From Macrostomum lignano (taxonomy: Eukaryota), in assembly GCA_002269645.1 (NCBI GenBank), contig NIVC01001744.1, positions 46,148 to 110,147 on the forward strand: 64,000 bases of DNA. Direction: 5' to 3'. The translations under genes and the position numbers were made by a program. Positions within the stretch are counted from its first letter, which is position 1. Each line of letters begins with the position of its first letter. Below are positions 30,740 through 52,150 of the stretch, piece by piece. Under the pieces are notes generated by a model. That model did no database searches, had not been told where the DNA came from, and worked only from the letters and a program-made list of their open reading frames with translations.

Positions 30740-31140
30740 CTAGAGAGACCTGACCCTACACTAGAGAGACTTTGACCCTAGACTAGAGAGAATTGACTTT
30801 AGGGAAACCTGACCCTAGACTAGAGAGACTTTGACCCTAGACTAGAGAGAATTGACTTTAGGGAAACCTGAGCCTAGACTAGAGAGACTTGTCTCTAGAT
30901 AGACTTAAACCCTAGAGAGACTTGAATCTAGATAGACTTGACCCTACAGAGACTTTGACCCTAGAGTCAGAGACTTAAACCTAGAGAGGCTTCGACCCTA
31001 GAGACTTGACCCTAGAGAGACTTTGACCCTAGAGACTTGACCCTAGAGACTTGACCCTAGAGACTTGACCCTAGAGAGGCTTTGACCCTAGAGACTTGAC
31101 CCTAGTTGACCCTAGACCCTAGTTGACCCTAGACCCTAGT
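30740..31140. repeat. Degenerate ~14-bp tandem repeat (AGAGACTTGACCCT) just 3' of the eya stop codon
   Basis: Directly visible. Confidence 0.85.
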
Positions 31141-31180
31141 TGAAGATAGTTTTTTCCCTTCAATAGCTGCCGGGCTCAGC

Positions 31181-40242
<9,062 letters not shown>

Positions 40243-40839
40243 GTCCGTCTGCCTGTCTGTTGCCAGTCAGTACTCAAAGCTCTCTGAGCAGGTCTCCGTC
40301 TGTCGGCTCTTCCAGCTGAAATGAACCGATGATGACGGAGATGAAGTTATACAAAAATATTACCAACTCATTAACGCATGAGTCAGTTGGTTCAATCTAA
40401 ACGAACAACCAACAAGCTGAGCACGTGGTCTCGACACACTTGAGAACTGGGCGCAGAAAAAGATCCCCCGCTGTGATAGGATGGGGAAAATTATCCCTCC
40501 ATCCACCGCCTCCGCCACCCCAAGCACAATGAAATCTTTAGCAACGATAAAAAAGAAAAGAAAGACTGAGAAGCAGGGGGTGGAGCAGGTCGCGTGCCGA
40601 TGGGAGGACGCAACAAAGGAAACACGAACTCAAGCAGGCGCGCAAAGACAATGCAAATGGCGATAATCAGCGAATGCGATAAATTGTTCTGATTAAGTAA
40701 AACAGCAGATGAGACCCTTGTGGCTTTCTGAGAGACAACCTGAGAAAGGTTCTCTCTATGAATTAGTGTCTGTCTTAGTCTTTCTGAGAGAGAACCAGTC
40801 TCTTGCCTTGAACTATTTGAAACATTGGAATGAGTAGCT

Positions 40840-41715
40840 AAATGCAAACTAATGCAGACACTAACAAAGACACTAATGCAGACACTAATGCAGACACTAA
40901 CAAAGACACTAATAAAGACACTACTGCAGACACTAATAAAGACACTAATGCAGACACTAATAAAGACACTACTGCAGACACTAATAAAGACACTAATGCA
41001 GACACTAATAAAGACACTAATAAAGACACTGAGACGGGCATAGAGACACTGACACAGTGTCTCTGGCACTGACACAGGCACTGACACAGGCACTGACACA
41101 GGCACTGACACAGGCACTGACACAGGCACTGACACAGGCACTGACACAGGCACTGACACAGGCACTGACACAGGCACTGACACAGGCACTGACACAGGCA
41201 CTGACACAGGCACTGACACAGGCACTGACACAGGCACTGACACAGGCACTGACACAGGCACTGACACAGGCACTGACACAGGCACTGACACAGGCACTGA
41301 TACAGGCACTGACACAGGCACTGATACATGCACTGACACAGGCACTGATACAGGCACTGACACAGGCACTGACACAGGCACTGATACAGGCACTGACACA
41401 GGCACTGACACAGGCACTGACACAGGCACTGACACAGGCACTGACACAGGCACTAATACAGGCACTGACACAGGCACTGACACAGGCACTGACGCAGGCA
41501 CAGACACAGGCACTGACACAGGCACAGACACAGGCACTGACACAGGCACTGACACAGGCACTGACACAGGCACTGACACAGGCACTGACACAGGCACTGA
41601 TACAGGCACTGACACAGGCACTGATACAGGCACTGATACAGGCACTGACACAGGCACTGATACAGGCACTGATACAGGCACTGACACAGGCACTGATACA
41701 GGCACTGATACAGGC
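40840..41715. repeat. 12-bp tandem array grading from AGACACTAAT(A/G)-type to CAGGCACTGACA units
   Basis: Directly visible. Confidence 0.95.
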
Positions 41716-42259
41716 CAAAATGGCACTCGAGGGAGTCGAACGCAGCAGGGACTGGAAAGGAAAATTGTGGGTGTAGGATTTCAAGCCAGTTGCTACTGAC
41801 GATGCAAACGCTCGCCGGAGCCTCGCCTCTCTCGACTGGGATCGATATTTTATTAGTGATTGATTGAATAAGCGAGCCACTTGAACAGAATAGAGAACTA
41901 GGGAAACTCCACAATCGTTAATAAGATCCCCAAATTCGCCCAGAGCAACAGCACCCCCCAAACCCTGCAACAATGAAGCTCTGGCTCGCACGCAATGTCT
42001 ATTTATTTTTCCAACCAATTAACCAGTTTAGTAGGCGGGCACTTGAGACACTTGCCTAACAATAAATGGACGATTTGAATGCAAAAATATAGTGTGTTTG
42101 AACAGCACGCAACTGTGTTATATAGGCACCACTTTAACCATTTGTGTAGAGACGCTAGGGGGGGGGAGGTATATCTTTACAGCATGGAGCCAGTATTGTG
42201 CTTGCGCAATGGTGCCTGAGAGACAAGTGGCCAGGACAATCGAGCCTTTTGCGGCCTGT

Positions 42260-42530
42260 CCCATTGCCTGCCTTTGTGTCTGTCTTAGTGTCTGCCTTAG
42301 TGTCTGCCTTAGTGTCTGCCATAGTCTCTATTAGTGTCTTTGTTAGTGTCTGCCTTTGTGTCTGCCTTATTGTCTGCCTGTCTGTCTTAGTGTCTGCCTT
42401 TGTCTGCCTTATTGTCTGCCTGTCTGTCTTAGTGTCTGTGTCTGTGTTAGTGTCTGTGTTAGTGTCTGTGTTAGTGTCTGTTAGTGTCTGCCTTAGTGTC
42501 TGCCTTAGTGTCTGCCTTAGTGTCTGCCAT
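42260..42530. repeat. 12-bp tandem array (TTAGTGTCTGCC), inverted relative to 40840-41060
   Basis: TTAGTGTCT is the reverse complement of AGACACTAA. Confidence 0.85.
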
Positions 42531-43129
42531 GTACTAACACCGGTTTCCAAGAAATCCAATTGCTTTCTGTATCGCTCTTCACCCAGAGAAAACCCGTTTC
42601 GAAACCCGATGCTCTCCTTGATCATTTCCGCTCCCCATCCAATGCATGCCAGTTCACGCCAAGCTCGAAGAGTCTGCTGCACCAGTTTTCGGAGATCTGG
42701 TGCATTGAGTTCCACGGCTTGCCTTCTTCGAGTATTATAATGGAGAAATATAGGGGGAGGGGCCGGAGTGAACAAGCTGGTGAAAAATAACTTGGCTTGA
42801 AGGCTCGGGTTACAAGCATTTACTGACGGTCCTGACTGCACTGGAATGTGTGAGCCAGGATGTTTGTGTACGCCCCACTGTATAGTGAAAGTATTGCTTG
42901 AAATTCGTACTCTCGGCTCTCTGTATGTATGAATATTAGCGCTTACTTGGGCTGTGTAACACGATATTGCTTGCCACTAGACCGGTTCCTTGCAGCAAAA
43001 CACGCTGATGTTTTATAATACTAAACTGTTCTCCCCTCTGCCGCATGCTTGCCCCTTCCATGTTCAGCCATCTCGTTCTGCCTCTCTCTTTCTCCTTTGT
43101 CTCCCTCTCCTCTGTTCTCTCTCCTCTCT

Positions 43130-43583
<454 letters not shown>

Positions 43584-44514
43584 TGTATGCGTAGTGCTAA
43601 CTAAAGCCCGCAGATCTTTTATTTCCACCCAAACAATCCCACACTCTTGCCTGGTCTCAGCTGTTCCTTCTCAATATTTCTTCAGCTCTCTATCAGAAGA
43701 ATCGCACCCCTAGAAACCGGCTACCGGGCACGTCGCGTGAGGAACTGAGAAGCCGAGAAAAACAGGATGGTTTGATAAATTCCTCAAAATATGAATGAAT
43801 AGATTGCAACTCAATTTCACCTATCTTTGTGAATTTTATAAGCTTGAAATTCGAAAATCAGAAGCAGATTGAGTATAAGAGACTTCTGTCCATATGCGAC
43901 ACGGGAGCCATGCGGACAGGCAGACAGACAGACTCTCGCACCAAATGTGCTCAACTGTTTGAGCAGGCAAAGAAAAACAGCCCCCCCCAACGATTTAACC
44001 CGTCTTCATGGCTCTCAGTTTTCCCAGTTGAGAACAAATCCCTGACTGAATTGCTCAAAGCTCGGCAAACTTTTGTGTTGACACGGCGGAGCTGGGGGGT
44101 GGACAGGGAGAATGGGGGGGGAGCGAAGAACAAGCGGTCCGTACAGATTGGCAAAGTGGAGTCAGATTTCCCCAACCGCTGCCTCTCGCGTGCCTGCCCT
44201 CCCGATTCCTTTTGCGTGTCGCGTTGCTTTTTCTGCCTTTTCAAAATCAACTCTGCCGAGCCGCAAGAGGGAGAAGAAGACGGCTCTCAAACATAAGCTA
44301 GGCTAGCCCTAGCGCATACTAGCTCCAATCTCAGTGAGCTAAAGTGATTGATAAAAATCCTTAAATATGGTTAGATTGGTTTGTCTTTTTGACTTAAATT
44401 TGATCAGATCGAATTGTTTTGTTAACTTGAAGAAGTTGAGTGGTTGATTTTGTTTATAATGGACATTTGTTATGATTGCTTTTTTCAAAATGGATTTTTT
44501 AACGTTTGAAACAG

Positions 44515-45040
44515 CCCGTGAAGCTTCGGGGTTCATGAACTGAAGTTTCGGGGTTCATGAACTGAAGCTTCGGGGTTCATGAAATAAAGTTTCGGGGTTC
44601 ATGAAATGAAGTTTCGGGGTTCATGAACTGAAGTTTCGGGATTCATGAAATGAAGTTTCGGGGTTCATGAACTGAAGTTTCGGGGTTCATGAACTGAAGT
44701 TTCGGGGTTCATGAAATGAAGTTTCGGGGTTCATGAAATAAAGTTTCGGGGTTCATGAAATGAAGTTTCGGGGTTCATGAAATGGAGTTTCGGGGTTCAT
44801 GAACTGAAGCTTCGGGGTTCATGAACTGAAGCTTCGGGGTTCATGAACTGAAGTTTCGGGGTTCATGAAATGAAGTTTCGGGGTTCATGAACTGAAGTTT
44901 CGGGATTCATGAAATGAAGTTTCGGGGTTCATGAACTGAAGTTTCAGGATTCATGGACTGAACTTTCGGGATTCATGGACTGAAGTTTCGGGATTCATGC
45001 ACTGAAGTTTCGGGATTCATGGACTGAAGTTTCGGGATTC
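44515..45040. repeat. 21-bp minisatellite (TCATGAACTGAAGTTTCGGGG-type)
   Basis: About 24 copies. Confidence 0.95.
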
Positions 45041-45574
45041 TTGATTCTCGCTCTGCTTCCTTGAGCCGACTCTCGTGAAAGTTACATACTGCAGTTGGCG
45101 CACTACAAAAGCACCGAAGTCCTGTGGGTTGGGACCGCGGGGTGCAGGGTTGCTTCAATGCCAACACAGGGACAGTTGAACAAGCAACTCGCAACACAAA
45201 GAAAAATTGTGTCAGCGCAGATACTGGGAGCACTCGGGGCAATGGCACGGCAGAGTTGATGGGGCTGAAGAGAGCTCATAATCCTCTTCCTCGCAGTCTC
45301 CCTGAGCCGCGGCGCGCGCTGCCTCCCTTCTTTGCTTTTGACGACGAAAAGAGACTGCAGAGACAAAGGTTTGAGGGGGAAACCCGACACCCGCTCGATA
45401 CTGAGGGTGGCGGGGAGCTGCATGAGGCAGGGGAGGCAGCGACAGGGATGAGAGATCTCCGACTGGTCGCTGCGCATAGGTGCGGCTCAGGGGAGGCCCT
45501 GAGTCTGCAGGTGCATGATTAGGCATTGAGTGAGGGAGGCTGAGGATCGATCTGTGCTGAGCTGCATTTTGCTG

Positions 45575-46053
<479 letters not shown>

Positions 46054-46924
46054 GCAATCGCCGATGCAAGTAGCTCTATCTCAGGTGCAAATTGCACCTG
46101 TACGGAAGCTTCCGCCTTTTTAGCGAAAATGGTGAATTTCTCCTCCACTGTTGATCGCAGCTCGGCCCCAGCAACCCGACAGTCAGTCATGGACCACCGA
46201 TTTCGCCCAAATTTGACTACCAATCAGCCACGCAGCAGATGCCTCTCAGTAAATAAATAATTGGTTGCCAACGCCTGCAGGAATCCCCGTGCAGCCCACT
46301 GCGGCCACTTATTAGCCAAGCCATCGCCGGGCAGTTGCGCAACCGGTGGTGTGCAGAATCGAATTGCACTCCCATTGTAAATGTGCCAGTGCATTAACTA
46401 ATAGGGCTGGGCGCCATGGTGATAAGCAATCTGCAAATTAGCTAATTGACACCTTGGAGAATGCCTGTCTATGGTTCTGACACCTGGGCTCACCTGGGCG
46501 GGGGTCCCTCTTGCCGGCTGGTCTCGCAACACCTTGGTGGGAATCCGTTTATAAAATTTTATTTAATTCTACACCCGAGGATTAGAATTACAGTGTCACC
46601 CGAACTCGTGCCTCGAGGGCAGAATTCAATCTGGCTGCTCAGAAATTTGACTGTCAACTAAATTTTAGAGATCGAATTCGTTTAAATGAATCCCTAGTTA
46701 TGGAGCAATTCATTGTGTTGAATTTCTTGCCAAGTGAAACTTAATTTGGCTTCTTGATCCCAGAGAATCAGGAGCTGAAATATCCCACATCCCAAATAGT
46801 CAAAGTCTCAAATATATCGCAGGTCTCATGAATCTAGAACTAAATTTCTCAGATTCCTAAATTCCACATCCCAAAGATCCTACGGCCACTTTCCAAGAAG
46901 TTAATATTCTAGGATTCTGAGTCT

Positions 46925-47750
46925 CAGGATCCCAGATCCTTTAAATCCCAGATCCTTTAAATCCCAGATCCTTTAAATCCCAGATCCTTTAAATCCCAGA
47001 TCCTTTAAATCCCAGATCCTTTAAATCCCAGATCCTTTAAATCCAGATCCTTTAAATCCCAGATCCTTTAAATCCCAGATCCTTTAAATCCCAGATCCTT
47101 TAAATCCCAGATCCTTTAAATCCCAGATCCTTTAAATCCCAGATCCTTTAAATCCCAGATCCTTTAAATCCCAGATCCTTTAAATCCCAGATCCTTTAAA
47201 TCCCAGATCCTTTAAATCCCAGATCCTTTAAATCCCAGATCCTTTAAATCCCAGATCCTTTAAATCCCAGATCCTTTAAATCCCAGATCCTTTAAATCCC
47301 AGATCCTTTAAATCCCAGATCCTTTAAATCCCAGATCCTTTAAATCCCAGATCCTTTAAATCCCAGATCCTTTAAATCCCAGATCCTTTAAATCCCAGAT
47401 CCTTTAAATCCCAGATCCTTTAAATCCCAGATCCCAATGGCCCAGATTTATCTAGATGCAAATCCCAGATCTCGATGGTCCCAGATTTATCTAGATGCAG
47501 ATCCCAGATCCCAATGGTTCCATATTTATCTAGATACAGATCCCAGATCCCGGTGGTCCCAGATTTATCTAGATGCAGATCCCAGATCCCAATGGTTCCA
47601 TATTTATCTAGATACAGATCCCAGATCCCAGTGGTCCCAGATTTATCTAGATACAGATCCCAGATCCCGGTGGTCCCAGATTTATCTAGATGCAGATCCC
47701 AGATCATAATGGTACCAGATTTATCTAGATGCAGATCCCAGATCTCAGGT
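46925..47750. repeat. 16-bp array (CCCAGATCCTTTAAAT) followed by a 39-bp array sharing the TCCCAGAT core
   Basis: The switch between arrays is near 47430. Confidence 0.93.
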
Positions 47751-48633
47751 TCGATCCCAAAAATGACTGAGTATTTGATGAATATAAGGGGGAGCATAAG
47801 TGGTGTTGCTTATCAAAATTAAGCTTGGGTCAGTGGAAAACTTCTTCTTAATCCCCGCAGTCATAATCCCTGTAAGGCCCACTGCAGTGCAAAGAATTTA
47901 AGCCAGAACAGCACAGCTTATCTATATTGAGAAATCGTGCCTCGCAGTCCAGCAACGCCAAAACTTCGAGGGCCAGACGGAATGGACAAGAAGAGGTCGG
48001 TCACCTGCTGCTACCTGTTTACAGCTTGGGGATAACTTGTCTTTGAGGATGCGGACGGGCAAATGGCGGCTGCCTGATGGAGAGAGAGAGAGAGAGGCCC
48101 AAGCTGGGGAAGACAAAGGCAAATAAACAAATTTTCGGGATTTTTTGAAAATCAGTTCTGTTCCACTCTGTGCGTGTGTTCCCTCACGGTGTCGGGGGCC
48201 CCCTCCTCAGCCGGGAACTGTAAACACAGTTGCCAAAAAGCATTGCGCCCAGGTAAGAAATCACAAGTGGCTTTGAAGGGGGGACTTCAGCTATGCAGTG
48301 CGGGTGCCTTGCCTCCCGTGCAGATGAAAGTGACATTTTTGAAGGATATTAATTAGTGGGAGCATATGCCAGCATAACTTAGGAACCCCCCCCCCCCACT
48401 TCTGGAATTCGGAACGTCCGCATCTGTTGCTTCCTTGAAAATGCCTTTCGTTTCAATCGATTTTAATTAAGTTGGCTGTTGGAACCTCAGCTCAGCTATA
48501 TATAAATGATACTTTACTTTAGACCTTAATTTCATCTCCCGTTGCTTAAAACTGGAGCCAAACTTCGAGCTGTTTCACGGTATAAAATCAGGGTATTTTT
48601 GAAAGTCTGGTTGGTGGTCTTGTGAAGTTTAGA

Positions 48634-48915
48634 GGGGGCCGTAGCCCAGCGGTCTGGCGCGGTGCTCTGATGTGCCAGCGGTCCAGGCTCGATTCCAAGT
48701 GCAGTCACATTAATTTGGGGCTAAACTGGAATCTCAGTATGGCTGTGCTTAGCCCTCAAGGCAAAGTGAAGTGTACATGCCTAATGTACACTCCTGTGTG
48801 TGTGCCTGTGCGTATGACTGCGTACGTATCCGCGCGCTTGTGTGCCTGCTCAGGGGAGTCGGCGGGAAGGGCAGTGCGCCAGGGGGCACAAAACACACTG
48901 CCTCTAATCTAAAAA
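48634..48915 (+). mobile_element. tRNA-derived SINE, copy B (head present, internal deletions)
   Basis: GGGGGCCGTAGCCCAGCGG...GGCTCGATTCCAAGTGCAG...CTGCCTCTAAT plus A-rich tail; colinear with copy A. No convincing TSD. Confidence 0.8.
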
Positions 48916-48939
48916 ATCATGTAAAATTTATGGCGTCAT

Positions 48940-49202
48940 TAAAGTGGATGCCCCTCTCCTCTCCCTTCTCTTCTCTCCTCTCCCTTCTCCCATCTCCTCT
49001 CCCCTTTCTTCTCTCCCTTATCTCCTCTCTCCTCTACCCTCTTCCCTCCTCTTATCTGGCAAACATAGCTCTTCTCTCATTCCATCTCTCGCCTCTCTTC
49101 TCCCCTCTCATCTCTATCTTCTATTTCCTCTCCTTTCCTCTCGCAGCCATGAGCTGGATTCTATATCTGGCCTTTGAGGTAAAATACGTTTGGCAACCCC
49201 TG
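48940..49202 (-). mobile_element. Possible hAT (Charlie-like) terminal fragment followed by a CT-rich repeat
   Basis: The minus strand reads CAGGGGTTGCCAAACGTATTTT...AAGGCCA, a typical hAT terminus. The partner end and TSD were not found. Confidence 0.3.
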
Positions 49203-49879
49203 TTTTAGGCGATGTGAAATTTCGGCCTTGTGAAAGCGCTCTCCTCCTTTCCAGGCCTCAGCTCTGGGCGTGGCGGCAGAACGAGTCTTTGTTGAGCGTG
49301 AACTGCTTGTTTCTGCTTGATCTTGCCGCCGACCCGAATGCGCAGACACGCAGCGCATGTATGGCGGATGAGAGGGCCAAGCAGGCAATATTTCATGTCA
49401 GGTCTCGAGACAGAAGCGGCGCTCTCACCGCGGAGAAGATATCGCTTGCATCCCAAAGTCCCAAGAGGGTCCGCCGTAAATTATGACACCTTTTTTTATG
49501 CCTTCGCTGGGAAAGCACGGTTGAAAGCTTAATTACCCTCTACAATACCTGTTCTTGCCGCGCTTCATTCAGAATCATTTCCCATGTGCATGGGGCATAT
49601 TCCCATGAGCGTTAACTAATAGCGCAATTTCCTGCAGCATGTCAACACACAGCTAGTACCGCGTGTTAAGCGCGAAGTTGCGGCTGAACTGCAGGGCCTG
49701 GAAGTTCGGCTGTGCGCATCAAGTACTTCTTTACAATTGCAAGCAATGATTTGGGTCTAGCGAGTTTGCTGACCTCCCAACAGCTGGCACTGTCTGACTG
49801 CCTGCTGTGACCCCCAGTAGCTGCTTGTGGGGCACTGTCCCCTCTCTGATAGCCTGCCGTGACCCCCAATAGCGAGCTG

Positions 49880-50625
49880 CTTGTGGGGCACTGTACCATA
49901 GCTGTTTGTGGGGGGGGGGCACTGTCCCATAGCTGTTTGTGGGGGGGGGGGGGCACTGTCCCATAGCTGTTTGTGTGGGGGGCACTGTCCCATAGCTGTT
50001 TGTGGGGGAGGGGCACTGTCCCATAGCTGTTTGTGGGGGAGGGGCACTGTCCCATAGCTGTTTGTGGGGGAGGGGCACTGTCCCATAGCTGTTTGTGTGG
50101 GGGGCACTGTCCCATAGCTGTTTGTGGGGGAGGGGCACTGTCCCATAGCTGTTTGTGTGGGGGGCACTGTCCCATAGCTGTTTGTGGGGGAGGGGCACTG
50201 TCCCATAGCTGTTTGTGTGGGGAGCACTGTCCCATAGCTGTTTGTGTGGGGGGCACTGTCCCATAGCTGTTTGTGTGGGGGGCACTGTCCCATAGCTGTT
50301 TGTGTGGGGGGCACTGTCCCATAGCTGTTTGTGTGGGGAGCACTGTCCCATAGCTGTTTGTGTGGGGAGCACTGTCCCATAGCTGTTTGTGTGGGGGGCA
50401 CTGTCCCATAGCTGTTTGTGGGGGAGGGGCACTGTCCCATAGCTGTTTGTGGGGGAGGGGCACTGTCCCATAGCTGTTTGTGTGGGGGGCACTGTCCCAT
50501 AGCTGTTTGTGGGGGAGGGGCACTGTCCCATAGCTGTTTGTGTGGGGGGCACTGTCCCATAGCTGTTTATGGGGGGGGGCACTGTCCCATAGCTGTTTGT
50601 GGGGGTGTGGGGGGGCACTGTCCCC
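49880..50625. repeat. ~28-30-bp G-rich minisatellite (GGCACTGTCCCATAGCTGTTTGTGGGGGAG)
   Basis: About 25 copies. Confidence 0.95.
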
Positions 50626-51404
50626 TGACTGTTCTGTGAGACACAACAGCCCCTTTATCGCCTATTTCACCTATAACAAGGTGCAGACAGAAAGGTTTTC
50701 TGTGTGATTATCGCGGAAGTTTTTACCCACATATAATTAATAGGAGCCAGCAAGAGAATCGCACAATAAGCAACCCACTTCTCACTTGTTTTGTTAACCT
50801 ACTTATTTTCAGGCGCTAATTTCACAGGTAGGAAGACCCTAAGATTCTGGGAAATATAAGTGAGCTGGATTTTCACACGTGGGAAGCTCTAGCGAGTTAA
50901 GTTAAGTGCAACAGAGTGTTAATAATAATAGTGGATGAGAAGGTAAACACAGCGGGTGGGCCACCCTAATTATCAGCTCCCGACATCAGGTGCTAAATAG
51001 CGATCTTCTCAAGAATCCTCTGATGATCTAATCCTCAGACAGAGCCAGGGGCGTCGAGTCTCGGGAAAAAACGAGAAAATCTCTCACCTATTGAATCGAG
51101 AAAATCCAAATGAATTTTTCCCTACGTCGCTTCTTCTTCTCGGCTGGAATCCGAATCGATGCTGGGGCTTCGTCCTGTCTTGCCTTTTTTCGAATTCAGA
51201 GAGAGATTTTGGATGCAGGGGCGCGGGAATTTTCTAGGCGGGACCGCGGATCACTGGGGTGGGGGCAGTGGAGGCAGCCACCTCACTGCTCCGCCAGCGA
51301 ATGAGAGTCAGCTGAGGGAGGAAGGGGACGGCAGCCGGGAGAAAGCAAGAATTATTGTGTGGCTTTTGCTTCTGAGGCCAAACCCAAACTGATCTTTCAG
51401 GGCC

Positions 51405-52150
51405 GCTGCTACCCTCCTTCAGCTACCATCCTTCAGCTACCCTCCTTTAGCTACCCTCCTCCAGCTACCCTCCTTCAGCTACCCTCCTCCAGCTACCCTC
51501 CTCCAGCTACCTTCCTCCAGCTACCCTCCTTCAGCGACCCTCCTTCAGCTACCCTCCTTCAGCTATCCTCCTCCAGCTACCTTCCTTCAGCTACCCTCCT
51601 CCAGCTACCCTCCTTCAGCTATCCTCCTCCAGCTACCCTCCTCCAGCTACCCTCCTCCAGCTACCCTCCTTCAGCTACCCTCCTTCAGCTATCCTCCTCC
51701 AGCTACCCTCCTCCAGCTACCCTCCTCCAGCTACCCTCCTTCAGCTACCCTCCTTCAGCTATCCTCCTCCAGCTACCCTCCTTCAGCTACCCTCCTTCAG
51801 CTACCCTCCTTCAGCTACCCTCCTTCAGCTACCCTCCTTCAGCTACCCTCCTTCAGCTACCCTCCTTCAGCTACCCTCCTTCAGCTACCCTCCTTCAGCT
51901 ACCCTCCTTCAGCTACCCTCCTTCAGCTACCCTCCTTCAGCTACCCTCCTTCAGCTACCCTTCAGCTACCCTCCTTCAGCTACCCTCCCCCAGCTACCCT
52001 CCTTCAGCTACCCCCCTCCAGCTACCCTCCTTCAACTATCCCCTCCAGCTACCCTCCCCCAGCTACCCTCCTTCAGCTACCCCCCTCCAGCTACCCTCCT
52101 TCAACTATCCCCTCCAGCTACCCTCCTTCAGCTACCTTCCTCCAGCTACC
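51405..52150. repeat. 14-bp tandem repeat (CAGCTACCCTCCT(T/C))
   Basis: Directly visible; the same unit recurs at 56312-56522. Confidence 0.95.

Noticed and set aside
45212-45570. ORF segment next to (GATA)n as an extra eya coding exon
   Set aside because: No recognisable motif and no convincing in-phase donor.
48160-48230. Hammerhead-like CTGAGGA...GACA on the minus strand
   Set aside because: It lacks the GAAA core and stems I/III. No CUGANGA/GAAA hammerhead was found by eye elsewhere either.
48634-48705. tRNA gene
   Set aside because: No proper acceptor or anticodon stem, and it continues into a repeated body and A-rich tail, so it is a SINE head.
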